From the NCBI GenBank assembly GCA_964347265.1, contig CAYFXV010000003.1, positions 3,001 to 67,000 of the forward strand: 64,000 nt of DNA, given 5' to 3'. Below, in pieces: positions 10,601 through 18,493 of the stretch (positions are counted from its first letter, which is position 1; each line of letters starts with the position of its first letter). A program made the position numbers and the translations under genes. The DNA comes from an uncultured archaeon (GTDB lineage Archaea; Aenigmatarchaeota; Aenigmatarchaeia; Aenigmatarchaeales; Aenigmatarchaeaceae). The notes beneath the pieces are model-generated. The model saw only the letters and a list, made by a program, of their open reading frames with translations, did no database searches and was not told the origin of the DNA.

Positions 10601-12119
10601 TGGTTGGAATATGACTTATATTAATGAGACATATAATACTTGGTCTAAAACAGCTGATGGCAGTGTGTGTGCAAAGGATCAATTTAATGTAACAAGATGG
10701 ATGAGCGGATCATCACAAGATGTAGTTTATAACTCTTCAACAAAAGTATTAATAGTTGATAACACAACTGCTGGTATTTATGATACTTTAATATTTAATG
10801 AGAGTGGCACAATAAAAATTGTTGATATCAACAATCGTAATATAACTCCTATAGATGGTTCAGGTTCATTATACCTTTGGAAAATTGATTTTTGCGGTTA
10901 TGTTAGATTAATTAATACATCTACTATTGCTCTTCCGACAGGTGGAAACTGGGGAGGACAATATCAAACCAATAAACAATTTGTTGTTCCATATGTTATT
11001 AAAAAAGCAGACAATTTACAGCCAGGAGTAACAATAAGTGTAAATGGTGTGGCAAAACAAGAATGGGGAGGTTTTGGATTCGAAGAAAAATTAGAAGGAG
11101 AGGAAAATTCAAGTTTAATTGTTCCAATTGGTAAAAATTATACATTTGCTTCTGTTAATACTGATACAAATGGAGTTGCATTTCTAAAAGTTAATATTTC
11201 CCCAAGCGGAAGGTATAATCTATTCTGGAAAATAAACATATCTGGTGATGAAGACATAGCCTCATATGAAAGTGGAACAAATGTAGAAATTAAAAAGTTC
11301 ATGACCAGAGGTGGACCAGCTTATTGGTTGTCCAAAGGTAAAGTTGATCTATACTGGACAAATAACACAATGGGAGAACCAGATGCTCCAGTATGGGGTG
11401 CACACTGTCCTGATCCAGCTGGTTGTGGTGGAAGTGCTTTTGTGCCATTTGTTTACAATGGGACTGTTACTGAAACTGATACATTTGATTTTATTCAAGA
11501 CTCCAATATAACAACACCGTGGTATATTATATGGGCTCCAAATACAAACATGACAAGTATAGACGATGATACTAACATGTCACAGGGCAATGATACAATT
11601 AATGATTATGACTCACTCTATCGTTACATAAACACTAGTTTTGATATTCAATCTACATTTGGTGCAGAGCCAAATACAAGAATTGCTGTGTCCACTTATC
11701 GTAATACTAGCACAGGTCCCACAAATAAAATGACTTTTCTTTTCTATCAACCAGAACCAGAACTTTCACAAATTCAAGAAGTTACAAGCGCAACTGCAAT
11801 TGCCCATGTTAAAATTTGTGCAGAAACATTTGACAAGCCACAACCATTGCCAATAGAAGGAGCAAGTATTGTGTTAAAAGCTGAAAAATTCTTGCCAATG
11901 CAACCACCCACATTAGAATTATTACAGCTTTATGATCCTATTAATGGTAGTGCTGTAAGCAGTGTGTTAACAGGTCCAACAGGTTGTGCTATTGTTAAAG
12001 CAGGTCCGGGAGCCTTAGGCACCTGGCCGATTGGTCAAACTACGTGGATACAAGGCACTATAACAAATGGAACTCAAACAGAAAATGTTTGGGGAGGAGG
12101 AGTTTGGTACTCGGGTTGA
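7677..12119 (+). CDS. Giant secreted surface protein (1480 aa), SlaA-like S-layer/adhesin candidate, heavily N-glycosylation-sequon rich
   Basis: TTG start followed by a textbook signal peptide MKRKYFLSIFMFVLSTFLISRSASA|A. Dozens of N-x-S/T sequons, a Gly-Pro linker (GGGPGPGGGGGP) and no TM anchor. Confidence 0.8.
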   Translation: MKRKYFLSIFMFVLSTFLISRSASAAIYLNAYVTGFTTSGSNITIQGNIQNTTVSDTISGINVTGSVTGSSNSGVTGAPGTFNFNVSAPSAIGDYDMTVTTNSSALPTKTITVHIGNVSSGNITYINKKPPFVAGSTFNINVTLLNSTGDPLVNKSSTDLLKIFSANGQEVSGWTITALDSLSDSNGVIRYSIVIPSDADGPYIIVVEYGSVYSIFSVKSSYIVSVVTHDPSDENEIGFNFAPGSSVSILAKVRDINGNPTTATSVTAYIKAPDSSITTLSLTARDQNTYPGFYNNTFTASQNGNYEVRIDAVVGSSTIQSYTMFNTKSFAVRIESVKEFFMEWGGQAAFKAGDTVALNVIAINLTDDSIIQSPNSLNCSNITVTSMWNTSDNIQFTITNSTSSSQYMITPICKITFTAPSVSGLYGLRANVTIGSTTEITEGFFSVQNYLLKAATVSGMGGEMDFMPMATPGENATISIKAFNLTSNAAIDGTLIQNISVIKIIPLEFKFGATEITSNINYTVTYGSSPYVTLNIPQIIRGPVMVEIRANISGNIVRGSAFFVSSYVSGFLGPVQPETGGGPGPGGGGGPSFLSCTAGVYNFSGTVYETKTNRAANGVSIYSIAEVREEFTGRDVSEYVNLSVTGTTDSNGNVNISVTLLPGYNFEGFYFMILNVTYKGNYDGVPAGFMCRKFNFWPKVMSIGSNQDNWRIAPESGVVINVVNATRLSDKKLVNNQTTISLTRIMNFNPSKGGMSLLVNNTPLTFIFEQTGNITDPTSNNVSFVIYPQNFTLEGSVLSKWPNGFVELQPRVCDSTVGCDVSFGGFQIVPFDAWVEDWQWGGTYYAGQNISANISAKTNVSSIGNFTVKIGRPWEGELQTATIINATKLEDGWNNTNDTGRELWNLTFTIPSTIRKGGAELMITVNSSANTTPGEKTDLHLWLQISKYSVIIPYEEGLGWVDGYAVNNTEAQQQFGWNMTYINETYNTWSKTADGSVCAKDQFNVTRWMSGSSQDVVYNSSTKVLIVDNTTAGIYDTLIFNESGTIKIVDINNRNITPIDGSGSLYLWKIDFCGYVRLINTSTIALPTGGNWGGQYQTNKQFVVPYVIKKADNLQPGVTISVNGVAKQEWGGFGFEEKLEGEENSSLIVPIGKNYTFASVNTDTNGVAFLKVNISPSGRYNLFWKINISGDEDIASYESGTNVEIKKFMTRGGPAYWLSKGKVDLYWTNNTMGEPDAPVWGAHCPDPAGCGGSAFVPFVYNGTVTETDTFDFIQDSNITTPWYIIWAPNTNMTSIDDDTNMSQGNDTINDYDSLYRYINTSFDIQSTFGAEPNTRIAVSTYRNTSTGPTNKMTFLFYQPEPELSQIQEVTSATAIAHVKICAETFDKPQPLPIEGASIVLKAEKFLPMQPPTLELLQLYDPINGSAVSSVLTGPTGCAIVKAGPGALGTWPIGQTTWIQGTITNGTQTENVWGGGVWYSG

Positions 12120-12124
12120 TTTTA

Positions 12125-13657
12125 ATGAACAAAATTTTATTCTTATTAATAATCATAACTTTTCTAGTTTTTACAATACCTGTTTTGGCAACAATAACAG
12201 ATGTATCAACTAGTGCTTCTGTAACAAGAGCAACTACAGGAACAAATGTGGTAGTATCCGTTACTACAACATCAAGCGAAAGTGATACAGCTGATATTCG
12301 TTTGATAGCTCCGTCAGAAATTTCAATTTCTGATCCTTCTGCTCAATATTATCCAAGTGTTTCTGTTACAGGACAGGTAACAAAACCCTTCACAATAACA
12401 GCGGGAACGTCAGGAACTTATAGTAATATTTATGGTCAGGCAACACCTACTGGCCAATCTCCTGTTTCTTCAACACCAATAACAATAGTGTTTGAAGATC
12501 CCAGTGCACTTACTGTTTCTGGATCTCCAAGCTCTACTACAAAAAGTCGCAGCGAATCTTTCACATTATCAATTACAATTTCTAATCCTCAGGCAAATGA
12601 TATAACAACATATTATGCTTTAACCTGTCCTTCAGAAATTAGCTGTAGCGGAGATCTTACATCTAATACAATTACTGTTAGTTCAAGTTCTTCAACAAAT
12701 CTTCAATGGACAGCTACAGTATCTTCGTTAGCAACAGCTGGTGCAAAAACAATAAGTTTTCAATTAGGTGATGCAACAAATGCATTTACAACAACTGTTA
12801 CTGTTTCTGTTCCTTCAGATTCTCCTGGTGGTTCTGGAGCTATTATTGGAGGTGGACCAGTAACCAAAGTTACAGTATCAAAAGGAAATGCAAATATAAC
12901 AATTCCATCAATAGCAGCTAATAAAACAGCAGTTGTTTCAATAACAAAAACAGAAGATGTTGCATTTAGACAGATTAATATTTCTGTTGCAAATTCTGTT
13001 AACAATATAAAAATAGTTATCACTAAAATACCGGGTTTGCCGGCATCTGTAACTCATGAAATTTCTGGAAAAATTTATCATTATATTGAGATTAATAAAG
13101 AAAATATAACTGATGTAAATGTTAACAAAATTTATATTAAATTTGCTGTTAATAAAACGTGGTTAACAGATAACAATGTTGATGCTTTAAACATTGCCCT
13201 TTATAGATGGAATAATGGCCAGTGGAATGAATTAGAAACTGACTATGTTAGTGAAGACGTTTCCGAAGTGTTTTATCAGGCAGAATCTCCTGGATTCTCC
13301 TATTTCTTAATTGGAACCAAAGGAGGTGCACCTGCTGCGCCTACTGGAGCAGCTATTGCCTGCAAAGAAAGTTGGTCTTGTACAGGTTGGTCTTCATGTA
13401 TCAACAACCAACAAACAAGAACATGTACAGATTCAAACAACTGTGGAACAACTGTTAAAAAGCCTGCTGAATCACAAATATGCGAAGTAGGAAAAGCAGA
13501 ATTCGGAATTACAATAACTTCTATTTTAACTTATTTAGCAATAATTGTTATAGCAATAGTAATTTGTGTTTTCATTTTCTTACAAAGAGCTAAAATAAGT
13601 GGTTTTTTGAGAAGTTCAAATAAAAGCACAAAAAAAAAGAATAAAAAAGGAACTTAG
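12125..13657 (+). CDS. Thr/Ser-rich secreted protein with a C-terminal TM anchor (510 aa), SlaB-like partner of the upstream giant protein
   Basis: ATG lies 5 nt after the upstream stop. Signal peptide MNKILFLLIIITFLVFTIPVLA; T/S-rich; Cys-rich module CKESWSCTGWSSC...C...C; C-terminal TM ILTYLAIIVIAIVICVFIFL plus a KKKNKKGT tail. Confidence 0.75.
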   Translation: MNKILFLLIIITFLVFTIPVLATITDVSTSASVTRATTGTNVVVSVTTTSSESDTADIRLIAPSEISISDPSAQYYPSVSVTGQVTKPFTITAGTSGTYSNIYGQATPTGQSPVSSTPITIVFEDPSALTVSGSPSSTTKSRSESFTLSITISNPQANDITTYYALTCPSEISCSGDLTSNTITVSSSSSTNLQWTATVSSLATAGAKTISFQLGDATNAFTTTVTVSVPSDSPGGSGAIIGGGPVTKVTVSKGNANITIPSIAANKTAVVSITKTEDVAFRQINISVANSVNNIKIVITKIPGLPASVTHEISGKIYHYIEINKENITDVNVNKIYIKFAVNKTWLTDNNVDALNIALYRWNNGQWNELETDYVSEDVSEVFYQAESPGFSYFLIGTKGGAPAAPTGAAIACKESWSCTGWSSCINNQQTRTCTDSNNCGTTVKKPAESQICEVGKAEFGITITSILTYLAIIVIAIVICVFIFLQRAKISGFLRSSNKSTKKKNKKGT

Positions 13658-13728
13658 TAAAGAAATCGAAGAAATTGAATAACTCTTAAATCCTCATTTC
13701 TGCTCCCTGCTAATTTGTGAAGAAAATT

Positions 13729-13741
13729 AGCCTCGAGAGGG
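13729..13741. repeat. 13-nt exact copy of the tRNA-Thr 3' end (CCCTCTCGAGGCT on the minus strand), att-like
   Basis: Plus-strand agcctcgagaggg is identical to the T-stem 3' strand plus acceptor 3' strand plus discriminator of tRNA-Thr (17078-17090), in the same orientation. It is followed on the minus strand by an oligo-T run. Confidence 0.55.
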
Positions 13742-13839
13742 GCTCTAATAAAAAAGACAACCTGCGGTTTTCTTCTTTAATCATCTTTCCCTTCATGACT
13801 TATCTAACTCCCTTTTTCGAAAAGCAAGTAATGTTTAAT

Positions 13840-13959
13840 TCAAATATCACGTCCAGTCGCTTGGTATGTATGAAGCTTCCAACCTTTATTTTGCCATTCA
13901 GAAATTGTTTTACCGACATCTCCATGATTACCAAGTTGCACACACATAAACTCTTTCAT
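13840..13959 (-). CDS. Unlisted 39-aa small protein (MKEFMCVQLGNHGDVGKTISEWQNKGWKLHTYQATGRDI)
   Basis: ATG preceded by a GGAGGT SD. Followed on the minus strand by a hairpin plus T-run terminator-like sequence at about 13715-13760. Confidence 0.25.
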   Translation of the reverse strand: MKEFMCVQLGNHGDVGKTISEWQNKGWKLHTYQATGRDI

Positions 13960-13996
13960 TTTTATACCTCCATTATTTTTACATAACAACACTTCT

Positions 13997-14413
13997 CTAA
14001 TTCTTATTGATAATAAATATAGGATTTACTTCTATCTCCTTTACTTTAACAATTTCTATATATCTTTTAGAGTCCCTTTTCTTAAGTTTATTTTTAAGGT
14101 CTTCAAAATCAGAAACAACCTCTTTTTTAGGAATTTTTATTTTGTTTTTTGTAAAGCTTTTTTCAATTTTTCTTTTATTAAATTTATAACATCTTTTTTC
14201 AGATTCTTCCAAAACATAAAGAAGATAAGTGTTAACAGCAGCAACAGGATTCTTATGGGTTTTAAATTTATTTAATTGGGGGTGATTTCTCCAACCTTTG
14301 GTTTTACCTTTAAGCACTTTTCTAGCTAGTAAGGTTTCTCTCCATAATGCAACTAATCCTTTACAATCTAGATATTTGGGGTGAACAATCCAAACTCTCA
14401 TGTTTTTCTCCAA
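13997..14413 (-). CDS. Pyrimidine-dimer DNA glycosylase-like protein (Pyr_excise-like)
   Basis: The N-terminus MRVWIVHPKYLDCKGLVALWRETLLARKVLKGKTKGWRNHPQL matches the family signature (WxxHPKYLD..GLVAxWRE.LLA..VL.G.T.GY.NHPQL) as recalled. Length 138 aa. Confidence 0.5.
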   Translation of the reverse strand: MEKNMRVWIVHPKYLDCKGLVALWRETLLARKVLKGKTKGWRNHPQLNKFKTHKNPVAAVNTYLLYVLEESEKRCYKFNKRKIEKSFTKNKIKIPKKEVVSDFEDLKNKLKKRDSKRYIEIVKVKEIEVNPIFIINKN

Positions 14414-15135
14414 TAATCTTTATTTCTATCTTCCTCGACATCAGCTACTAGTCCTTCAGGATATATGTTGAAGAATGTTTTTTCAAGTAACCTCTTATCA
14501 TTTATTAATATCTTAGAAACTTCTTTTAAAGTCTCAAAACTTATCCTATTTTTCTTGTATTTCTCTAGTATTTGTTCTTTTTCTCCAATAAGTTTTCTGA
14601 AAAATATATATATTTCTTCACTAGATGGAGGTTTTGACATTATCTGTTTAATTATTTCAAAATAATCTTTTTTACTGATGTCCAATTTTTTTGATAGTTT
14701 TGAATTATAAAATTCAAATATTAATTTATTTTTTTCTTGAAATTCCTCTAACCTATTTAGTTTTACCGCATTTCTATATCTTGCAAATAAAAATAATTTT
14801 GTTAGAAAATGTTCTCTTATTTTTTTGTTTCTTAATCTATCATCCTCTTCAATTGGATACCCTTTATATATTTCTGCAATCCTGCTTGCAAAAAATCCTC
14901 CGCATTTATCAATAACTGGAGAGCCTTTCATTCCAGAATAAACTTTAATTCCGGTAATTCCCATAGTTGGAGATTTTGATTTGAATATGAATCCATCAAC
15001 ATCTTTTAATCCATTTATGAATTTTTGTGAAAAACTATTAATATCATCTGTAACATCTCTGTTGGTTTTGTGTTGTATTAGTCTGTATTCATTTCCTACC
15101 TTAACAATCCGTATGGGTTCTCTTGGCACCCCCAA
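14398..15135 (-). CDS. Hypothetical protein (245 aa), overlapping and co-transcribed with the glycosylase-like gene
   Basis: 16-nt overlap with the downstream gene. No recognisable motif. Confidence 0.45.
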   Translation of the reverse strand: MGVPREPIRIVKVGNEYRLIQHKTNRDVTDDINSFSQKFINGLKDVDGFIFKSKSPTMGITGIKVYSGMKGSPVIDKCGGFFASRIAEIYKGYPIEEDDRLRNKKIREHFLTKLFLFARYRNAVKLNRLEEFQEKNKLIFEFYNSKLSKKLDISKKDYFEIIKQIMSKPPSSEEIYIFFRKLIGEKEQILEKYKKNRISFETLKEVSKILINDKRLLEKTFFNIYPEGLVADVEEDRNKDYWRKT

Positions 15136-15301
15136 GCCTATCTCGTATTCAGGGCATACTTTTATGAATTCTACAAAAGGTTTTAAATCCCTAATAATTT
15201 TTGATGGAATAGACTGTCCATTGTATCTGACTTTTTCAAATTCTAGACATGCACTAATCAGTAATATCGGTCTTATTATGTTATCACCATTTCTTTCATA
15301 T

Positions 15302-15958
15302 TTATCGCTTTTTTCTTTTCTTAATAAATCTAAAAATAATATACACTATAGCAATTATTACAACGATTATTACAACTAAAAACAATCCAATTAAGTTAAA
15401 GAATGCAGTATAAGCTGGTTTCCCGAAAAATTCCTCTTTTAGTCTAGGAAGAGTTATTATTGTATTTATGAATTCATCCAAAGGAAATTCCTCTTTTTCT
15501 CCTACTACAAGAACATATTTTCCATCATTATCTTGACTGAAAACTTCAATAATATAAATTCCTTTTTCTGCAGTTGTTTTAAGTTCGGGTCCTTGATAAT
15601 ATGAATCTCCTCCAAATTCTTCATAATAATATGTCCACTCATAATCTGTGCCATTAAGAAAATATTCGATTTCTTCGTGTTCTTCTTCATGCTCATGCTC
15701 TAATATAATTTTAACAGAAACATCCTTATCTATATCTTTAATATCTGGAACCAAAATTCCAAAATAAAGATTAAATTGTTTATCGGAATTAATTTGATAA
15801 TAATCAGAATTTCCTTTAAGATTACCATAAAAAGCTTGAGAAACCTCGGGGTTTCTAATTAAAGTAAATTGTTCAGAAACTAATCTAGGTTGATGAGCAA
15901 AAACAATATCTGAAATAAATAGTAAAAAAATTAAAGACAATAAAAAGAATCTTTTCAT
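15302..15958 (-). CDS. Secreted His/Glu-rich protein with a C-terminal TM anchor (218 aa)
   Basis: Signal peptide MKRFFLLSLIFLLFISDIVFA, an HEHEEEHEE metal-binding-like stretch, and a C-terminal TM plus RFIKKRKKR. Confidence 0.55.
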   Translation of the reverse strand: MKRFFLLSLIFLLFISDIVFAHQPRLVSEQFTLIRNPEVSQAFYGNLKGNSDYYQINSDKQFNLYFGILVPDIKDIDKDVSVKIILEHEHEEEHEEIEYFLNGTDYEWTYYYEEFGGDSYYQGPELKTTAEKGIYIIEVFSQDNDGKYVLVVGEKEEFPLDEFINTIITLPRLKEEFFGKPAYTAFFNLIGLFLVVIIVVIIAIVYIIFRFIKKRKKR

Positions 15959-16012
15959 ATTTAGAGTTTTGTTTTAAAGTTTAAAAATATAGTAAAATCA
16001 GGATTTAGGGGT

Positions 16013-16579
16013 TTATTTTTGAACTTGTCTACACTCATTATCTATACACTTTATTGTCAAGTGACCTGCTATTCCAGTGCAAAAATCAGGACATTGCTTG
16101 CTTTCATCAACATATTTTTCGTTTCCATAAAAACAATCTCCTGTCCTTATATGAACTCCGCAACTGCAGTCTGCATCAACATTGCAATATTTTTCTTCTG
16201 TAACTTCAGAACAATCGCCTTCTAGATAAAATGCAACATTCGGGTTCATGCAAGCAAAACAAGAATTCGAATAGGTTCTTGCATCATTGCCGCAAACTGG
16301 TTTGTATATCTCTATGCATGCATCGACGTTTCTGGATTCATCCGAACATTTGTATCTTGTTCTGTTTGTGTCGTAAGGAAAGCATGGATTGGGCTGTATA
16401 ATATTTCCATTATCGTCAGTATAGGTACAACCTCCTCCAATGTGTCCTGGAATACAGTCTATGCAAATAGCTTCTGGTTGTTTGGAGGTATTAATATAAA
16501 ATGCAATTAATATCAAAACTATTAGTATAAACAAAAGCATTTCAATATTTTTAATCATTTTTTCACTATTTTTTTTCAT
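16013..16579 (-). CDS. Cys-rich secreted/anchored protein with a Kazal-type inhibitor-like domain
   Basis: YKPVCGNDARTYSNSCFAC matches the Kazal core (PVCG.DG.TY.N.C..C), and 22 Cys in all. The ORF track starts at TTG 16588; the ATG at 16579 gives MKKNSEKMIKNIEM plus an N-terminal TM/signal. Confidence 0.6.
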   Translation of the reverse strand: MKKNSEKMIKNIEMLLFILIVLILIAFYINTSKQPEAICIDCIPGHIGGGCTYTDDNGNIIQPNPCFPYDTNRTRYKCSDESRNVDACIEIYKPVCGNDARTYSNSCFACMNPNVAFYLEGDCSEVTEEKYCNVDADCSCGVHIRTGDCFYGNEKYVDESKQCPDFCTGIAGHLTIKCIDNECRQVQK

Positions 16580-16742
16580 TAAAACCAATAAAAAAAAACC
16601 CGATTCCTAAAATAAACGAAACGAGCGCAAACATAAATGGAAAAAAAGCATCAAATTTTAGGAAATAAGGAATTACGAAAAATGCAATAGACACTATAAT
16701 CAATATACTTCCAACAGCAAGACTATAAGTACGTTTATTCAT
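16566..16742 (-). CDS. Unlisted 58-aa membrane mini-protein
   Basis: MNKRTYSLAVGSILIIVSIAFFVIPYFLKFDAFFPFMFALVSFILGIGFFFIGFNEKK has two predicted TM segments. It overlaps the start of the Kazal-like gene. Confidence 0.25.
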   Translation of the reverse strand: MNKRTYSLAVGSILIIVSIAFFVIPYFLKFDAFFPFMFALVSFILGIGFFFIGFNEKK

Positions 16743-17077
16743 TATATTTATTTTGTAAATTAAACTTTATAAATTTTCTAGCTTAGAAAATGTCATATAT
16801 ATTTTTCATGGTGTTATTTTTATCTAGGTAGAGAAAATTTATTATTCTTTTATTTTCCATTTTGTTTTTATATAATTTGCCATTGTTTTGGCTAATTTTC
16901 TTGTTCTGGTTAGTCTATGAATATCTTTACCTTCTGCTGAACAAGTTTCACAAAAACGTAATAATTTATCTTCTATATATTCATCTATTTTCATTCTTGG
17001 TTTTCCCATGTCTAAAATATAGAAAAGCTAGAACAAAAATCTATCTTATTCTGAAGTTTAAAAATATTAAAATATTG

Positions 17078-17199
17078 AGCCTCGAGAGGGATTCGAACCC
17101 TCGACCTACTGCTTACATGCCCTCATTGCGGTAACTCCTTGAGACCAAAAAAATCATTGGGATACAAGGCAGTCGCTCTACCAGCTGAGCTATCGAGGC
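17078..17199 (-). tRNA. tRNA-Thr (UGU) with a 49-nt intron at position 37/38
   Basis: Reverse complement: GCCTCGA acceptor, GCTC-AGCTGGTA-GAGC D-arm, anticodon stem ACTGC/GCAGT with loop CTTGTA[intron]A, T-arm GAGGG-TTCGAAT-CCCTC. Mature length 73 nt. Confidence 0.75.
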
Positions 17200-17239
17200 A
17201 TATTCAATATATAAGTCTTTATTTTAAAAATATTAACTT

Positions 17240-17917
17240 ATGGGAATATCAGTTGTAGTCTGCGCTAAAAATGAGGAAAAATACATAGAAGATTGTTTGA
17301 AATATTTAAAAAATCAAACTTTAAAACCAGAAATAGTAGTAGTAGATGGCCATTCAACTGATAAAACTTTTTCTATAGCAAAAAAGTATGCTGATAAGGT
17401 TGTTAAAGACAATAAAAAAGGAATTGGAGATGCAAGAAATTTGGGTTGGAAAACTGCTAGAGAAGACATAGTAGCTTATTGTGATGCAGATTGTTTACCA
17501 CCAAAAAACTGGGTAGAAAAAATATCAAAACTTATGAAGAATAACATATGCATTTCTGGTCCACTTTATCCTTATGACGGAGACAGTTTAATGAAAATAC
17601 ATTTTAAAGTATGGACGAATCTTGTCACCAGGTTTTTCTCTTCATTAGGTTTTCACTACATTTGGGGACCCAACATGATCTTTAAAAAACATATTCTTAA
17701 AAAACATTCTTTTAGAGTAAATTTTTTAGAAGACTATGAACTATCTAAAAGAATTAGAAGAGTTGGTAAAATAAAAATTTTAAAAGATATCACAATGCCT
17801 GTATCTATTAGACATCTTAAACATGGTTTTTTCTTAAGTGTATTAAAATACTATGGTTCAAACTACCTTAGAATAAAATTAAAACGAAAACAAAAAATTG
17901 GAGATTATTGGAAATAA
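17240..17917 (+). CDS. Family 2 glycosyltransferase (soluble, 225 aa)
   Basis: ISVVVCAKNEEKYIEDCL, VDGHSTD and CDAD motifs typical of GT2. Confidence 0.75.
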   Translation: MGISVVVCAKNEEKYIEDCLKYLKNQTLKPEIVVVDGHSTDKTFSIAKKYADKVVKDNKKGIGDARNLGWKTAREDIVAYCDADCLPPKNWVEKISKLMKNNICISGPLYPYDGDSLMKIHFKVWTNLVTRFFSSLGFHYIWGPNMIFKKHILKKHSFRVNFLEDYELSKRIRRVGKIKILKDITMPVSIRHLKHGFFLSVLKYYGSNYLRIKLKRKQKIGDYWK

Positions 17918-17919
17918 TA

Positions 17920-18026
17920 TGTCGGTGGCGGGATTTGAACCCACGACCTCCGGATTTCATATCATCTTTAAATCAAATCTCATAGATTTTATGAGACCGG
18001 CGCTCCAACCACTGAGCTACACCGAC
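17920..18026 (-). tRNA. tRNA-Met, elongator type (CAU), with a ~34-nt intron
   Basis: Reverse complement: GTCGGTG acceptor (G1-C72), D-arm GCTC-AGTGGTTG-GAGC, anticodon stem CCGGT with loop CTCATA[intron]A, T-arm GTGGG-TTCAAAT-CCCGC. The 31:39 pair is mismatched or wobbled. Confidence 0.7.
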
Positions 18027-18065
18027 TTATTATAATAATAGAATATTAACTTTTTATTTAAAAAA

Positions 18066-18182
18066 TGGGCCCGGTGGGTCTCGAACCCACGACTTCCAGG
18101 TTTCTTCCTGTCATCGCGAAAGCTCAACATGCTTTTATCAACAGATAAAAGCCTGGCACTCTACCAACTGAGTTACGGGCCC
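18066..18182 (-). tRNA. tRNA-Lys (UUU) with a ~44-nt intron
   Basis: Reverse complement: GGGCCCG acceptor, D-arm ACTC-AGTTGGTA-GAGT, anticodon stem CCAGG/CCTGG with loop CTTTTA[intron]A, T-arm GTGGG-TTCGAGA-CCCAC, discriminator A. Confidence 0.75.
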
Positions 18183-18185
18183 AAG

Positions 18186-18257
18186 CGCCCCGGCTGGGAT
18201 TCGAACCCAGGTCACAAGCTCGACAGGCTCGTATACTAACCACTATACTACCGAGGC
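18186..18257 (-). tRNA. tRNA-Asp (GUC), intron-less
   Basis: Reverse complement GCCTCGGTAGTATAGTGGTTAGTATACGAGCCTGTCGAGCTTGTGACCTGGGTTCGAATCCCAGCCGGGGCG. The anticodon loop CTGTCGA gives GUC and the discriminator is G. The D-stem has G-U pairs. Confidence 0.6.
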
Positions 18258-18308
18258 ATATCTATTCTTTTATTTACAATTATATTTAAATACTTTCCAG
18301 AAAATTAG

Positions 18309-18427
18309 TGGTTGCCAACTTTCTGAGCTTCCCATCTTTTCGATAGTACAACCCAGACCGATGAGACGATTCACTACCGTGTTCGAAATGGGAACGGGTC
18401 TTACCATCTCTCTTTGATCGGCAACCA
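18309..18427 (-). rRNA. rrf: 5S ribosomal RNA (stand-alone, not linked to 16S/23S)
   Basis: The reverse complement begins GGTTGCCGATC... and ends ...GTTGGCAACC (helix I). It contains CCCGTTCCCATTTCGAACACGGTAGT, matching the conserved 5S loop B / helix III region. Length about 119 nt. Confidence 0.65.
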
Positions 18428-18493
18428 TTCATTAGTTAATTATTAAATATATTTAAAGGTTTCATTTTTAAGTAGGCTAAATAATTATATAAT

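Noticed and set aside
13717-13986. ORF 13717..13986 (+), 89 aa
   Set aside because: It overlaps the better-supported, SD-preceded 39-aa minus-strand ORF and the terminator-like hairpin. The sequence is low-complexity.
16862-17134. ORF 16862..17134 (+), 90 aa
   Set aside because: Its 3' part is the reverse strand of the tRNA-Thr gene (17078-17199). The sequence is low-complexity, so it is spurious.
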